64,000 bases of DNA from a virus. The DNA is taken from the IMG/VR virus record IMGVR_UViG_3300042868_004799, positions 7,286-71,285 of that record, one strand, 5' to 3'. A program made the position numbers and the translations under genes. Below the pieces are notes generated by a model. It was not told the DNA's origin, did no database searches, and worked only from the letters and a program-made list of their open reading frames with translations. Numbering within the stretch: the first letter of the stretch is position 1; each line of letters starts with the position of its first letter. This document shows positions 19,131-28,864 of this stretch, one piece after another.

Positions 19131-21031
19131 GAGGCTGCCAAGTTACCAATCAGGTACCATTCATTAGCAGCACGCTGCATAAGTGTTGCTGCAGAATATT
19201 GAGTTGAAATAAACTGTTTAGAACTGTCAGAACGAAGAGTAACTCCTGCGCCTGGTGTAAAAGATACCTTGCCAGTGCTATTACGAATAACAAGAATCTG
19301 TGTTCCGACTGGAAATGCAACTGATGAGTTGGGCGGAATTGTCAGCGCCACATCGGAAGTGTTAGTCATGTCAATGACCTTGCCTTGATCTGCAAGTGTA
19401 AGTGTTCGCGCTGACGCTTGAGTTGTGATAGACGCTGGTCCGAGGATTGTTGTGCCTGAAACAGTGAGCGCGTTGTTTACAGTTGTAGTTCCAGTTGCCG
19501 CGCCAACGTTAAGTGTCGTGGCGGCTCCCGCAAAGTTTACAGTTGTTGCTGTCGTGTTAACGAGAGCAAACGTTGTACTACTAGTTGTAAGACTCGTAGT
19601 TATTGCTGGCGATGCGATTGTTGGCGACGTGTCGAATACCAATGCTCCGGAACCGGCCTCACCAGTTACGGCAGCAGCAAGGTTTGCAGAAGACGGTGTA
19701 GCTAGGAATGTAGCAACGCCGGTCCCAAGTCCACTAACGCCTGTTGCAATTGGTAGGCCAGTTGCATTTGTAAGTGTGAGAGCACTTGGTGTTCCAAGGG
19801 CGGGTGTAACAAGTGTTGGGGAAGTAGCAAAAACAAGTGAGCCAGATCCAGTTTCGTCTGAAATTACTCCAGCTATTTGAGATGAAGTCGTTGCTGCAAA
19901 TTGTGCTAAAGTCGCACCAGTGTAGGCAACAGTGCCGCCTGTGCCAAACGCAACTGACGATGAGTCAGTGCCTGTGAACGTAAGAGTGTTACTTGCTGTA
20001 AACGTTTTACCATCAGCAATAGTCAATGTCGATCCAGTTGCTGGAGCGGTCAGAGCAACTTTGTTAATTGTTGTCGCAGAAGCCACACCAAGAGTTGGTG
20101 TTGTTAGCGATGGACTTGTGAGAGTCTTATTAGTTAGTGTTTCTGTGCCTGCAAGAGTTGCAAGAGTGCCTGCTGTTGGCAAAGTTACGGATGTTGTAGC
20201 AGTTGCTGTAAGAGTTGTAGCGAACGCACCGGATGTTGTTAAGTTACCGCCAAGAGTAATCGTCTTGCCAGTGTTTGCTATTCCTGTGCCGCCGTACTGT
20301 CCAGCGATTGCAGTACCTTGCCATGTGCCAGTTGCAATTGTTCCGAGACTTGTCAAAGACGAAGCTGTTATGCCAGATCCGAGGGTTGTTGAGCTAAGAA
20401 CTGTTGTTCCATTGATTTCATAAACTTTGCCAGTGAGCAAGTTAAAATCTTCAGACGAAGTCCAAGCAGCGGTGGACTGTACCCAGTTAATCGTCTTGTC
20501 AGTAGCGCCTTTAAGGGTGATGCCACCGCCATTGGCAGAAGTATCTGTAGGAGACGCAGTATCGCCAAGGACAACATTAATGTCATCTACAGAAATTGTA
20601 GTTGAGTTGACAGTTGTAGTAGTGCCATTGACAGTCAAGTCACCCGTAACAGTTAGGGCGTTTCGAACAGTCGTCGTGCCAGTAGTAGCGCCGATAGTTA
20701 GCGCTGTAGCAGCGCCAGCAAAGTTAACGGTGGTCGCTGTAGTGTTTACGAGCGCGAATGTCGTGGCCCCGGTCGAAAGACTAGCGAGAGTAGTTGTGCC
20801 AGAAACTGTCAACCCGGTAAGTGTGCCTACACTAGTAAGACTTGATGACACAAGTCCAGCGGGAAGCGTCGTGCCCGTGATGCCGCTGGCGGCAACCGTG
20901 CTTGCGGACGCAACACTGCCAGTCCATGTAAACCTACTGTCGAGAGCAAGAATTGCATTGTTAATGACGGTGCCCCAGCCTGAGCTGCCGTTTGTTGGAA
21001 GTGGGGTTACCCCATCTATTAGTAATGTCAT
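19127..21031 (-). CDS. Thr/Ser/Gly-rich tail fibre-like protein
   Basis: Low-complexity beta repeats (LTNKTLTSP, SSLTSVGTL, duplicated TTFALVNTTATTVNFAGAAT) and a C-terminal TIPPNSSVAFPVGT...QYS..W.L.G domain. Confidence 0.75.
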   Translation of the reverse strand: MTLLIDGVTPLPTNGSSGWGTVINNAILALDSRFTWTGSVASASTVAASGITGTTLPAGLVSSSLTSVGTLTGLTVSGTTTLASLSTGATTFALVNTTATTVNFAGAATALTIGATTGTTTVRNALTVTGDLTVNGTTTTVNSTTISVDDINVVLGDTASPTDTSANGGGITLKGATDKTINWVQSTAAWTSSEDFNLLTGKVYEINGTTVLSSTTLGSGITASSLTSLGTIATGTWQGTAIAGQYGGTGIANTGKTITLGGNLTTSGAFATTLTATATTSVTLPTAGTLATLAGTETLTNKTLTSPSLTTPTLGVASATTINKVALTAPATGSTLTIADGKTFTASNTLTFTGTDSSSVAFGTGGTVAYTGATLAQFAATTSSQIAGVISDETGSGSLVFATSPTLVTPALGTPSALTLTNATGLPIATGVSGLGTGVATFLATPSSANLAAAVTGEAGSGALVFDTSPTIASPAITTSLTTSSTTFALVNTTATTVNFAGAATTLNVGAATGTTTVNNALTVSGTTILGPASITTQASARTLTLADQGKVIDMTNTSDVALTIPPNSSVAFPVGTQILVIRNSTGKVSFTPGAGVTLRSDSSKQFISTQYSAATLMQRAANEWYLIGNLAAS

Positions 21032-21067
21032 TTTTTGTCTCCGATTCTACTGACTACATTATTCTAT

Positions 21068-24000
21068 CTAAAGAACGCCTTTGCGCATTTGAAACGCAAG
21101 TTGACGTGAAACTATACTTGCGAGTTCTACCTCGCTCATGCCAGGCGCGGTCTCTACGTTTATAGTAATTCCGCCGCCCTTTCCTTGCCCGCTAAGCATC
21201 GTGATGATTGCACGATCTCGCTTTGACAGGCCGTCCTTGTCGAGTGGCTCAATGCGCTCTGGCTTTCCAGCCTCGCCAATCTTAGCAAGGGTGCCGCCTG
21301 GTGTTGGGTTGATAACTCCGCCCTCAGCAAGCTCTGGAATGTCTGGAAGACCGAGTGTAAATCCAGGGACAACAGTTATTCCTGCAACCTTGACTTCAGG
21401 GACCTTAAACTCGATTTTGTTCCAAGCGCGGATAATAAAGTTAATAGCGCTCGTAAATGCGTCTTTGATCGCGGTGCCGATTTTGCCAAACACTGTGCCA
21501 GCGGTGCCAACTGCTCCAGTAATAAAGTCCCATGCACCGGAGAACGCAGTTTTAATTCCACTCCATACCTTGCCAAAAATTACTCCAAAAGCGTCAAAAA
21601 TTGGTTTGATTACATTGTTCCATCCAAAACTAATAGCAGTTTTAATGATGTCCCAAACAAGGTTAAATTGCGCTTTGATGCCTCCCCAGACAAGAGTGAA
21701 CAGCGCAAGCATTCCCTCAAAAATTGGCTTTATGTAGAAGTTCCAATAGAGTTCGATTGCAAGTTTTATTGCCCCCCAGACAAGATCAAACACAATCTTC
21801 ATGCCTTCCCAGGCGGAAGTAAATATTCCAAGCATTGCGCCAAAGATAGGCTTAATTACGTTTTCCCAGGCAAAGCTAAGTGCACTTACTATCACTGGCC
21901 ACACTAGATCAAAGGCTATTTTTATGCCTTTCCACACAAGATATACATACGCAGCAAAAGCCATAAACGGCAGCATTAGCAAGCCTACGGCGATCTTAAA
22001 AGCGATGACAAGCGCCGGCCATACAGCGTCCCATGCAGAACGGATCTTGCCCCACACGCCGACAAAAAAATCAGCGATCGCGGAACCTATTACCTTGACG
22101 ACGTCATATACAGCATGTAGCCCGACTTGGATCCCTTGCCAGATTGTGTCAACAAACCTGCGGAACCAATCAAACTTTTTATACATGATCACGACTATGG
22201 CAATCAAAGCAATGATGGCGATAATAGTCAGTGCAACTGGGTTACCAGCCATGACAGCATTAAACGCCGCCTGGATTCCTGTCCATACTTTTGTAGCAGC
22301 CGCGGCAAGCTTTGAATAGACAATATTAAGCTTTAGCTTTAGCACTAGTTTTGTGAGAGCGTCTTTAGTTTTATTGAGCGCTGTCTGTACAGTATTGTTA
22401 TACGCCATTTTTTGGTATGCTGTTTGCGCGTACAGTCCTAGGTTCTTGAATTTTCCACCAAGTTTAATTACGTTGTCGCCGGCTTTTTTAATGGCGTCGC
22501 CCATGGCGGCCAAATCGCCTTTGCCGTAGTTTTGAAGAATCTTTTTCGTGTCAGAAAGATACTTTAAGCCGCTACGTAGACCGTGAAGTGCCGCGCCTAC
22601 AATAAGTAGTTGTTTAATAAATGGAAGAGTTAGTATCTTACCTAGCAGTCCAAGACCTGTGTTGACAACCTCAAAGAAAGCTTTGATGCCTCCGCTTTCT
22701 GCAGTAGCTTTTACCAGTTCTGAGATGCTAACTATGAAGCCGCCGATACCGCCGCCAGTTCCTGAAATGTTGCTAAATGCAGCAATAAAGTTGTCAACCG
22801 CAATAGAGATGCTGTCTAAAAACGCTACACCGCTTTCATTTCCGCCGGTGCCTAAGATAGCCTTGATTATCTTTGCAAAGATTCCTCCGATTTTTATAAA
22901 ATCACGAGAGACGTCCCTAAAGTATTCTTGTAGTTTCGTGTTTCCTTCAACGCTGCCTGTGAAGTCTTTGAACTTTTTAGTGACTCTTTCGAGAGAGTCA
23001 AAGATCATTTCACCGCCACTACCAGGCCCAGACGCGGCCTTGCCCATGTTGATAAGCGCGCCGACTAGGTTGCCAATAATGTCACCTAAGTTTGCGGCAA
23101 TGTCTCCGGCAGTCTTAAATACGTCAGCTAGCCTACCAGTCCTATGCGCAGATTCCGCTGCTTCTTTCCAGCTGTCAGTAAGTAGCTCGACCCACGTCGT
23201 AAACCTACGAATAAGCGGATCTGCTGCAGCAAGAAGCGTGATAAACACATCGTAAAGATTGCCTGCGCTTCTTCCTAGTTTTTTGATTGTGTCATTGTTT
23301 GTAGCCGCAACGGTGCGCAAGTTTTCTAGGTTGTCACCCTCAGTAATTACGTTTGATATTGATATTGCTACTTCGCCAAGCGCTGTAGCCGTTTCTCCAA
23401 TTATTTTCTTAAATGTCGGAAAGCCTTTATCAACCAAATTAGTGATTGCAGTTTCAAGAGCTGGAAACAGCGCTTTTTGAGCTGCAACACGAAGGTCGTC
23501 TATTTTCGGCTTAAGGTCAAAAAGAAACTTAGCAAAGTCTTTCGCCTCTTTTGTGACACCAGCAAACGCGTTGGAGCCTCCTTCGCCCTTGCCTGTTTGG
23601 TAATCTTTAAGTTTCTTTTCCGCAATAGCAAGTGCGTCTACAGCACGCTTATAGTCACGTACTGCGTTTTCTTGCGCGGCTGTCGCGTCAACGACTTCGT
23701 CAGACAGCTTTACTTGCTCTTCGGCGTTTAGTGTTCCGCCCTTACTTACGCGGTCTTGCTCTTTTTTCAGGTCGCTGTTGCGGTCAACTGCGCGTCTATA
23801 GTTTAGGTCGGCTTCCTTAAAAGAAAGCTCAGCTTCACGTCTTGTTCTGCTATCTGCTGGAAGATCCTGCACTCTTGCGAGTGTTTCACGAGCTTTTTCG
23901 AGGTCAATAGCCGCACGACTTTGGGCAAATGCTGCGTCTTCAGAGTCAAATCCTAGTTGCTGTAGTCTTTCAGCAGCTGTTCTATACGCGTCATTTAGTG

Positions 24001-24553
24001 ATCTTTGCGCTCTGGTGGTGCCAACTATAGCACTCTTAAGTCTGTCATCCGCGGTTGCTACCGCCAGCATGAGAGACGGTAGCTTACTTACTTGAGTCGA
24101 CTGTTGCGTAAACCCTTGAAGTGCTTTGGACACTCCGCCAAATGCTAGCTTAGCAGTGATCATTCCCTGCGCTAGTGCTGTAAAAATACTTGGAAGAACG
24201 ATAAGCGCCGGGCTTGTTGCCGCTATCTGGGAGCCTAGCGCAAACAGTCCTCCGACAAGACTTGCAAGAACCGGAATGATGCCGGCAAGTGCACTTTGGA
24301 GAAAGTAGCTTCGCGTTATAAGTTGGTTGACGCTTGCGTACGCGGCGTCGGCAGCAGGGTTAATTCCCTTAAATAAATCAGCCGGTGAGTTGTCAGCAAT
24401 TAGTCCAGCAAGTCTTGCGCTAAAGGCACCGCCAAGCCAGCTATTGAACTGATTGAACTGTTTCTTAGCGTTGCCAAGCGAGTTGTTAATGCCGCTATTA
24501 AATGAACTTGTATTTGCATAGACAACAATCTGTGCTGAGCCTACAATTGCCAT
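21068..24553 (-). CDS. Tape measure protein
   Basis: 1161 aa, helical and Ala/Ile-rich, with regularly spaced Trp/Phe repeats and C-terminal LAEGGVI...IGEAG.PE. Follows the tail chaperones. Confidence 0.9.
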   Translation of the reverse strand: MAIVGSAQIVVYANTSSFNSGINNSLGNAKKQFNQFNSWLGGAFSARLAGLIADNSPADLFKGINPAADAAYASVNQLITRSYFLQSALAGIIPVLASLVGGLFALGSQIAATSPALIVLPSIFTALAQGMITAKLAFGGVSKALQGFTQQSTQVSKLPSLMLAVATADDRLKSAIVGTTRAQRSLNDAYRTAAERLQQLGFDSEDAAFAQSRAAIDLEKARETLARVQDLPADSRTRREAELSFKEADLNYRRAVDRNSDLKKEQDRVSKGGTLNAEEQVKLSDEVVDATAAQENAVRDYKRAVDALAIAEKKLKDYQTGKGEGGSNAFAGVTKEAKDFAKFLFDLKPKIDDLRVAAQKALFPALETAITNLVDKGFPTFKKIIGETATALGEVAISISNVITEGDNLENLRTVAATNNDTIKKLGRSAGNLYDVFITLLAAADPLIRRFTTWVELLTDSWKEAAESAHRTGRLADVFKTAGDIAANLGDIIGNLVGALINMGKAASGPGSGGEMIFDSLERVTKKFKDFTGSVEGNTKLQEYFRDVSRDFIKIGGIFAKIIKAILGTGGNESGVAFLDSISIAVDNFIAAFSNISGTGGGIGGFIVSISELVKATAESGGIKAFFEVVNTGLGLLGKILTLPFIKQLLIVGAALHGLRSGLKYLSDTKKILQNYGKGDLAAMGDAIKKAGDNVIKLGGKFKNLGLYAQTAYQKMAYNNTVQTALNKTKDALTKLVLKLKLNIVYSKLAAAATKVWTGIQAAFNAVMAGNPVALTIIAIIALIAIVVIMYKKFDWFRRFVDTIWQGIQVGLHAVYDVVKVIGSAIADFFVGVWGKIRSAWDAVWPALVIAFKIAVGLLMLPFMAFAAYVYLVWKGIKIAFDLVWPVIVSALSFAWENVIKPIFGAMLGIFTSAWEGMKIVFDLVWGAIKLAIELYWNFYIKPIFEGMLALFTLVWGGIKAQFNLVWDIIKTAISFGWNNVIKPIFDAFGVIFGKVWSGIKTAFSGAWDFITGAVGTAGTVFGKIGTAIKDAFTSAINFIIRAWNKIEFKVPEVKVAGITVVPGFTLGLPDIPELAEGGVINPTPGGTLAKIGEAGKPERIEPLDKDGLSKRDRAIITMLSGQGKGGGITINVETAPGMSEVELASIVSRQLAFQMRKGVL

Positions 24554-24604
24554 TTCGTCTAACCTCCTTCCGCTGCGTCAATCAATATTCTAAACTGTTT
24601 AGAA

Positions 24605-24961
24605 CTACCCGACCGGAGGATCGAGCAGGCTACCAAATGGCTGCGCCGCGTCAGGATCAAACTTAGTCAAAGGAATATTAGGCTTCGTGGCTTGTGACCG
24701 CGCAAATGGGTCTACAGGTACTGGAGGCTCATCTTCGTCCCCAAACGCTGGGTCAAGATTAGAAAAATCAGTAGTAGTAGAGCTGCCACTTGAGCCGTAC
24801 TTATACGGGACGTTGTACAGGTTGGGATATATATTGCGACGAAGCGAGTCTCTCGCCTCGCTTTGTTCGCCTGTGCTTACAATAATGTCATCTTCAAATA
24901 AGTAGTGAATGACATCAAGTGCATCGCATGCGTCAAGAAGTTCTATACGAACTCCTGACAT
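24605..24961 (-). CDS. Tail assembly chaperone, frameshift extension (gpT-like)
   Basis: Lies between the gpG-like gene and the tape measure. Its frame stays open upstream (PYAAARSLAEWAIDLWPYVNGKAI) into the end of the previous gene. Confidence 0.7.
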   Translation of the reverse strand: MSGVRIELLDACDALDVIHYLFEDDIIVSTGEQSEARDSLRRNIYPNLYNVPYKYGSSGSSTTTDFSNLDPAFGDEDEPPVPVDPFARSQATKPNIPLTKFDPDAAQPFGSLLDPPVG

Positions 24962-24993
24962 TATTGCTTTGCCGTTAACGTACGGCCAGAGGT

Positions 24994-25344
24994 CTATTGC
25001 CCACTCGGCAAGGCTTCTGGCCGCGGCGTAGGGCGGTCGGTATATTGCTCCACAAGCCAGCCAACAATCTCGCTTAGAGTTTCGATTGTAACGATTCGAT
25101 CTGGATCTTCCGCAAGAGCGTTAAATCTGTCGACGCTTTCTGGCACAAGTACCAAGTTAAAGAAGTCGACAATGACAGAAGCAGAGTCGCCGGCGTTTTC
25201 AGACGATGTCTTAGCCACTAGGCTAAGAATTGTCTTTCCGGGAATCTCGGCTCTACATGTAAATTCTTCATCGTGAATCTTGAAAACGATTGGGTCTGTG
25301 TTTGCAGCAGCGGTGCCAGAACCGAAGTCCTTGAATCTTGCCAT
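24994..25344 (-). CDS. Tail assembly chaperone (gpG-like)
   Basis: Position upstream of the tape measure; ends ..WLVEQYTDRPT..; GGAGA RBS. Confidence 0.8.
   Translation of the reverse strand: MARFKDFGSGTAAANTDPIVFKIHDEEFTCRAEIPGKTILSLVAKTSSENAGDSASVIVDFFNLVLVPESVDRFNALAEDPDRIVTIETLSEIVGWLVEQYTDRPTPRPEALPSGQ
25029..25035 (-). promoter_or_regulatory. Candidate -1 programmed ribosomal frameshift site (CGC CCT A)
   Basis: A CCT to CCC slip converts ..RPT.. to ..RPY.. and joins the downstream ORF without a stop. Confidence 0.55.
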
Positions 25345-25396
25345 CTTATTTTCTCCGTAATGTTAAGTAAGTCGGTTAGCGTCGTGTGTCTATAGG

Positions 25397-25792
25397 TTAT
25401 AACAATATCATGGGAAGCGTGCTAGACAGGAACCTATTTGGCTTAGTTCCAGGGTGCATTACTTGTCTAGAGTAGACAACTCTTCCGGCACTAGCAAATC
25501 GTAAAGTGCCGTTTCCTCTTGCGCGAATAATGTGCGGACGGGTACCTTCATGGTGCATCAATGCGTGTCGAGAGCTAGCGCCGAGCACCATCTTTTGACC
25601 AGTTTTTGTCGCCTCTTGCTCTAAGTAAATTGACCTAGCTAGCATTCCAGTACTTTTGCCTACCTTAGCTGTTGCCACGGCGCGCATCATTACGCCGCGC
25701 CTGTGCATGTACCTGCCTAGCTCGCCGTTTGGGCTGTGCAGCAGTGTGTATAGCGCGGGCTTATTCCAAATAATAGTTACCCGTTCTGGCAT
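25397..25792 (-). CDS. Tail completion protein (HK97 gp10-like)
   Basis: TG.LARSI, HEGTRPHIIR and V.HPGTKPNRFL motifs. Confidence 0.75.
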   Translation of the reverse strand: MPERVTIIWNKPALYTLLHSPNGELGRYMHRRGVMMRAVATAKVGKSTGMLARSIYLEQEATKTGQKMVLGASSRHALMHHEGTRPHIIRARGNGTLRFASAGRVVYSRQVMHPGTKPNRFLSSTLPMILL

Positions 25793-26295
25793 TACGGAAT
25801 CGCCATTGTCAGTTGCATACTTACCATTTGAAATCCACCTTCTGGCGGAACCATCTCAGCAGTAGCAATAACGCCTGTGCCGTATCCGCCTGGTTCCCAG
25901 ACGTCAAGAAGGTTGATTGATCCCATAAGGGCATACGCATCGATCGCAGAAATCTGAGATGCTTCTTGTATTTTGTCTGGCGTCGGGGGCCTACCGTTGG
26001 CCTGTGCCACAGGAAACTCTCGCGCAATAGTGACACTCATCACTGCCGTACGTGGCATGTTGCAGCGATGAGGTGTAGAAGCTTGGTCTCCTGGCGGACC
26101 AAGATACACTTGCATTAACGTAACAACTAGTTGCTCACAATCAACTACTGACTGCCCAACTGTCCAGTATCTTCTAGTTGGCAGTGGAATACTGTATGAC
26201 TGAAATGTAGCAACGATACGCTCAAGAACGCCATCCATAAACGTAACAATATTTGTTACGTCGTCTGAAACTCCTGAAATGTCTACAATAGGCAT
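25792..26295 (-). CDS. Putative tail terminator / head-tail connector
   Basis: Position in the neck module; DC.QL.V and P.GG motifs. Confidence 0.55.
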   Translation of the reverse strand: MPIVDISGVSDDVTNIVTFMDGVLERIVATFQSYSIPLPTRRYWTVGQSVVDCEQLVVTLMQVYLGPPGDQASTPHRCNMPRTAVMSVTIAREFPVAQANGRPPTPDKIQEASQISAIDAYALMGSINLLDVWEPGGYGTGVIATAEMVPPEGGFQMVSMQLTMAIP

Positions 26296-26298
26296 TAA

Positions 26299-27666
26299 CT
26301 AGCCTCCCAAAGTGTACGGTGTCGCAACTGCACTTGCAAGAGCCACTGACAAGTTTCCAGAGCCAATGTAAATAATTTCAGTTTCTTCGCCATTAGTTCT
26401 TGAGGCATAAAGATCGTAAGTGCCTGGATCTACTAGACCAATCGCACCACGGGCTTCTTCGTACGTAATAGTGAGTGCTAAGACATCGTCAGTCGGGGCA
26501 GTGACTGTGCCAGTCGCAACTGCTGAGACTATATTTGCATTAGTTCTTGCGTAGGTAAGTGTTGTCGTAGTTGGTACTGCTACAACAGTATAGTCGCCAT
26601 TAAACGGCGATCCAACTCCAGCAACTGTGATTTCAGAACCTACGGCGATACCGTGTGCAGTGCTCGTTGTCAGAGTGGCGACGTTGCTTGTTAAGGACTT
26701 GTTAGATACCGATTTTGCTGCTGGTGTCGGATCTGTTATAACCACGGAATCAGTGACAGTTGTTGACAACGTCTCAGCATAGTTTCTAAGAACTAAGTAT
26801 GGAGTCCACCCTAATTCGTCAACTAAAAATCCAGCGTTAATTGATTCAAGGGTTACTTCTATTGTCTTGTCGCCATCGACAGGAACACTGACGTCGAGGT
26901 CACTTAGCCCGAGCTTAAGAGCTTTCGGGCTGTAGCGACGTGCGCGTGGGATATCTGGAGTAAACACTCTTGCTTTTGCGCGCGCTTTGTCTGGATTGAC
27001 AGACTTAAGGAAAAGGTCAACTGCGTAAAGACCAGTCTTAAGATCATCGATAAACTCTTGGTTGTCGAAAATAGTGTATGAAACACCTTGGCGTGCCACA
27101 GATGTAACGCGCTGTGGAAGTGCGCAGTCGTCTGATCCAGACCAGAGTTTAGCGAACTCAATAGCTAGAGTCCTTGCGGCCATCTTCCCAAGTGTCGGTG
27201 GCTCAACACCGTATGTATACGTAACTTCAACATCGCATGGCGTCCATGGGATACCAGTGACTGCTTGTACCGTAGAGTGGTCCACTAAGTAATACATACT
27301 AGGATTGATCAATTTGCCAACGCGGTTTCTAATTGCGTGAATTTTTGTTACAGGCCGACCACGAAGACGAAGACGCGCGGACTGCGCTGTGCCGTCAGAT
27401 GTAATGTCGTAGTAAAAGTCAATGTCGTTTGTCGGAAGGTTGTAAACATCTCCGCCGATAAGTTGAGCGCTCATGTTGCGGATTGACGCTCCATAGCGAT
27501 AACGCCGTGAAGCACAGACATAGCGTTCTGTTACTGTGGTAATTCCACTGTACTTTCTACCTGACAGCGCCCACATCAAGTTTGATGCAGACTTAGCAGC
27601 CTCATACGCGAATTCAGATTCTGCGTAGTCACCTAATTCTTCTGGTGTAATCCACAAATTTGTCAT
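26299..27666 (-). CDS. Head-to-tail adaptor with added beta-barrel domain
   Basis: A...LWALSGRKY, VTYTYGVEPP, LA.E.AK...C.LP.RVTSV.RQGVS and TGL..VD..L..VNP motifs. Confidence 0.75.
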   Translation of the reverse strand: MTNLWITPEELGDYAESEFAYEAAKSASNLMWALSGRKYSGITTVTERYVCASRRYRYGASIRNMSAQLIGGDVYNLPTNDIDFYYDITSDGTAQSARLRLRGRPVTKIHAIRNRVGKLINPSMYYLVDHSTVQAVTGIPWTPCDVEVTYTYGVEPPTLGKMAARTLAIEFAKLWSGSDDCALPQRVTSVARQGVSYTIFDNQEFIDDLKTGLYAVDLFLKSVNPDKARAKARVFTPDIPRARRYSPKALKLGLSDLDVSVPVDGDKTIEVTLESINAGFLVDELGWTPYLVLRNYAETLSTTVTDSVVITDPTPAAKSVSNKSLTSNVATLTTSTAHGIAVGSEITVAGVGSPFNGDYTVVAVPTTTTLTYARTNANIVSAVATGTVTAPTDDVLALTITYEEARGAIGLVDPGTYDLYASRTNGEETEIIYIGSGNLSVALASAVATPYTLGG

Positions 27667-27690
27667 GCTGCCTCTAAGTCTTGCTTGCTA

Positions 27691-27753
27691 TACGCGCCAG
27701 GCGACGCGCTTATGTAATTCTATACATAAAGCGCGCCGCCCGGTATTCGCGTA
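27691..27753 (-). terminator. Long stem-loop after the major tail gene
   Basis: GGCG.CGCGCTT.ATGTA / TACAT.AAGCGCG.CGCC inverted repeat in the intergenic gap. Confidence 0.6.
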
Positions 27754-27766
27754 CGTTTTATTGTTG

Positions 27767-28816
27767 TTAGGCTGTTGGATCTTCAGCTGAAGCAACGATA
27801 AAGTCGATATCTTCATCTTCGTTAAAGGTAAGAGAACCTGGAACGTTGAAGTCTGTAGTCGAGCCTTCAGACAAGAAGTCAGTAACTGCCCAGCTATTCG
27901 CAGGAACAAGCGCCGTACCAGTGTCAGCAGCGGATGTAATTGTCCCCGATGTTGTTGTGGTGTACGTGAACGTTGTTGTTGTTGGAACAGTCAAAATAGT
28001 GTATGTGCCATGAAGAGCTGAGTTGCCGTTAGTACCAGAGATTGTCACGCTGTCTCCTACACGGAAACCGTGTGCTGTTGACGTTGTAAGCGTTGCGGTT
28101 GTACCAGTACGAGCGCTGTTCGAAATTGACTTCGAAAGATCTCCGTGCCATTCGTAGAAACCCTTGCGGCCAGTTGGTGCCCACGAGCTGCGTGCGTATG
28201 AGTATGGACGCTCTGTAGCAACTGGGAATTCCCAGCGACCATCGAGGCCTGTCGAGAACAGTGGGTTGCCAAGACCGTAGCCTTGGAACGTTGTTGCAAG
28301 CATACCGTTTTCAATAACACGATCGCCTGTGAGACGAAGACGTGCGTATGGGAATACCCAGTGGAAGTATGGAAGTGAAGCTGCGCGCTTTCCGGAGATG
28401 ACAGCGAATGACCAGCACTCGATAGCCACGCCGAAGCCTGATGGATCATCGCCAACTGCAGGAGACGACCAACCGATGCTCTTGCGATCTGGTGCAGCGA
28501 ATGTTCCCATGTTCTTGCGAAGCAAGAGACCGCCTGACATCAGCTCACTGAGTTCAGGATCTGGCTCGCAAATAGCAAGTTCAAGCGTAACACGCTTAAG
28601 AGTATCTGGTGCTTTGTACGAAACGCAGATGACGCCGTTTGCAGATTTTTCTACAATTTCGTCGCCTTCTTCATATTCTGGTGTGAAAGACATTTTCATG
28701 AATCCGCTGGTGGTATAACTATCACCTGGGTTGTTCAGCATGTTGCCCGCTGCGTCTAGGCGTGTCACACGAATGGACACACCCTGGATGCTCGCGGCGT
28801 AGTCTTGAGTTGACAT
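27767..28816 (-). CDS. Major tail protein
   Basis: IRVTRLDA.G, EEG.EI..K.ANG..C, L.ICEPDPEL and Y..WVFP motifs; GGAG RBS. Confidence 0.8.
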   Translation of the reverse strand: MSTQDYAASIQGVSIRVTRLDAAGNMLNNPGDSYTTSGFMKMSFTPEYEEGDEIVEKSANGVICVSYKAPDTLKRVTLELAICEPDPELSELMSGGLLLRKNMGTFAAPDRKSIGWSSPAVGDDPSGFGVAIECWSFAVISGKRAASLPYFHWVFPYARLRLTGDRVIENGMLATTFQGYGLGNPLFSTGLDGRWEFPVATERPYSYARSSWAPTGRKGFYEWHGDLSKSISNSARTGTTATLTTSTAHGFRVGDSVTISGTNGNSALHGTYTILTVPTTTTFTYTTTTSGTITSAADTGTALVPANSWAVTDFLSEGSTTDFNVPGSLTFNEDEDIDFIVASAEDPTA

Positions 28817-28864
28817 TGACTGGTCTCCTTTTGAGGTTCTTTTGCCTGTTGCGTCTTAAGTATT

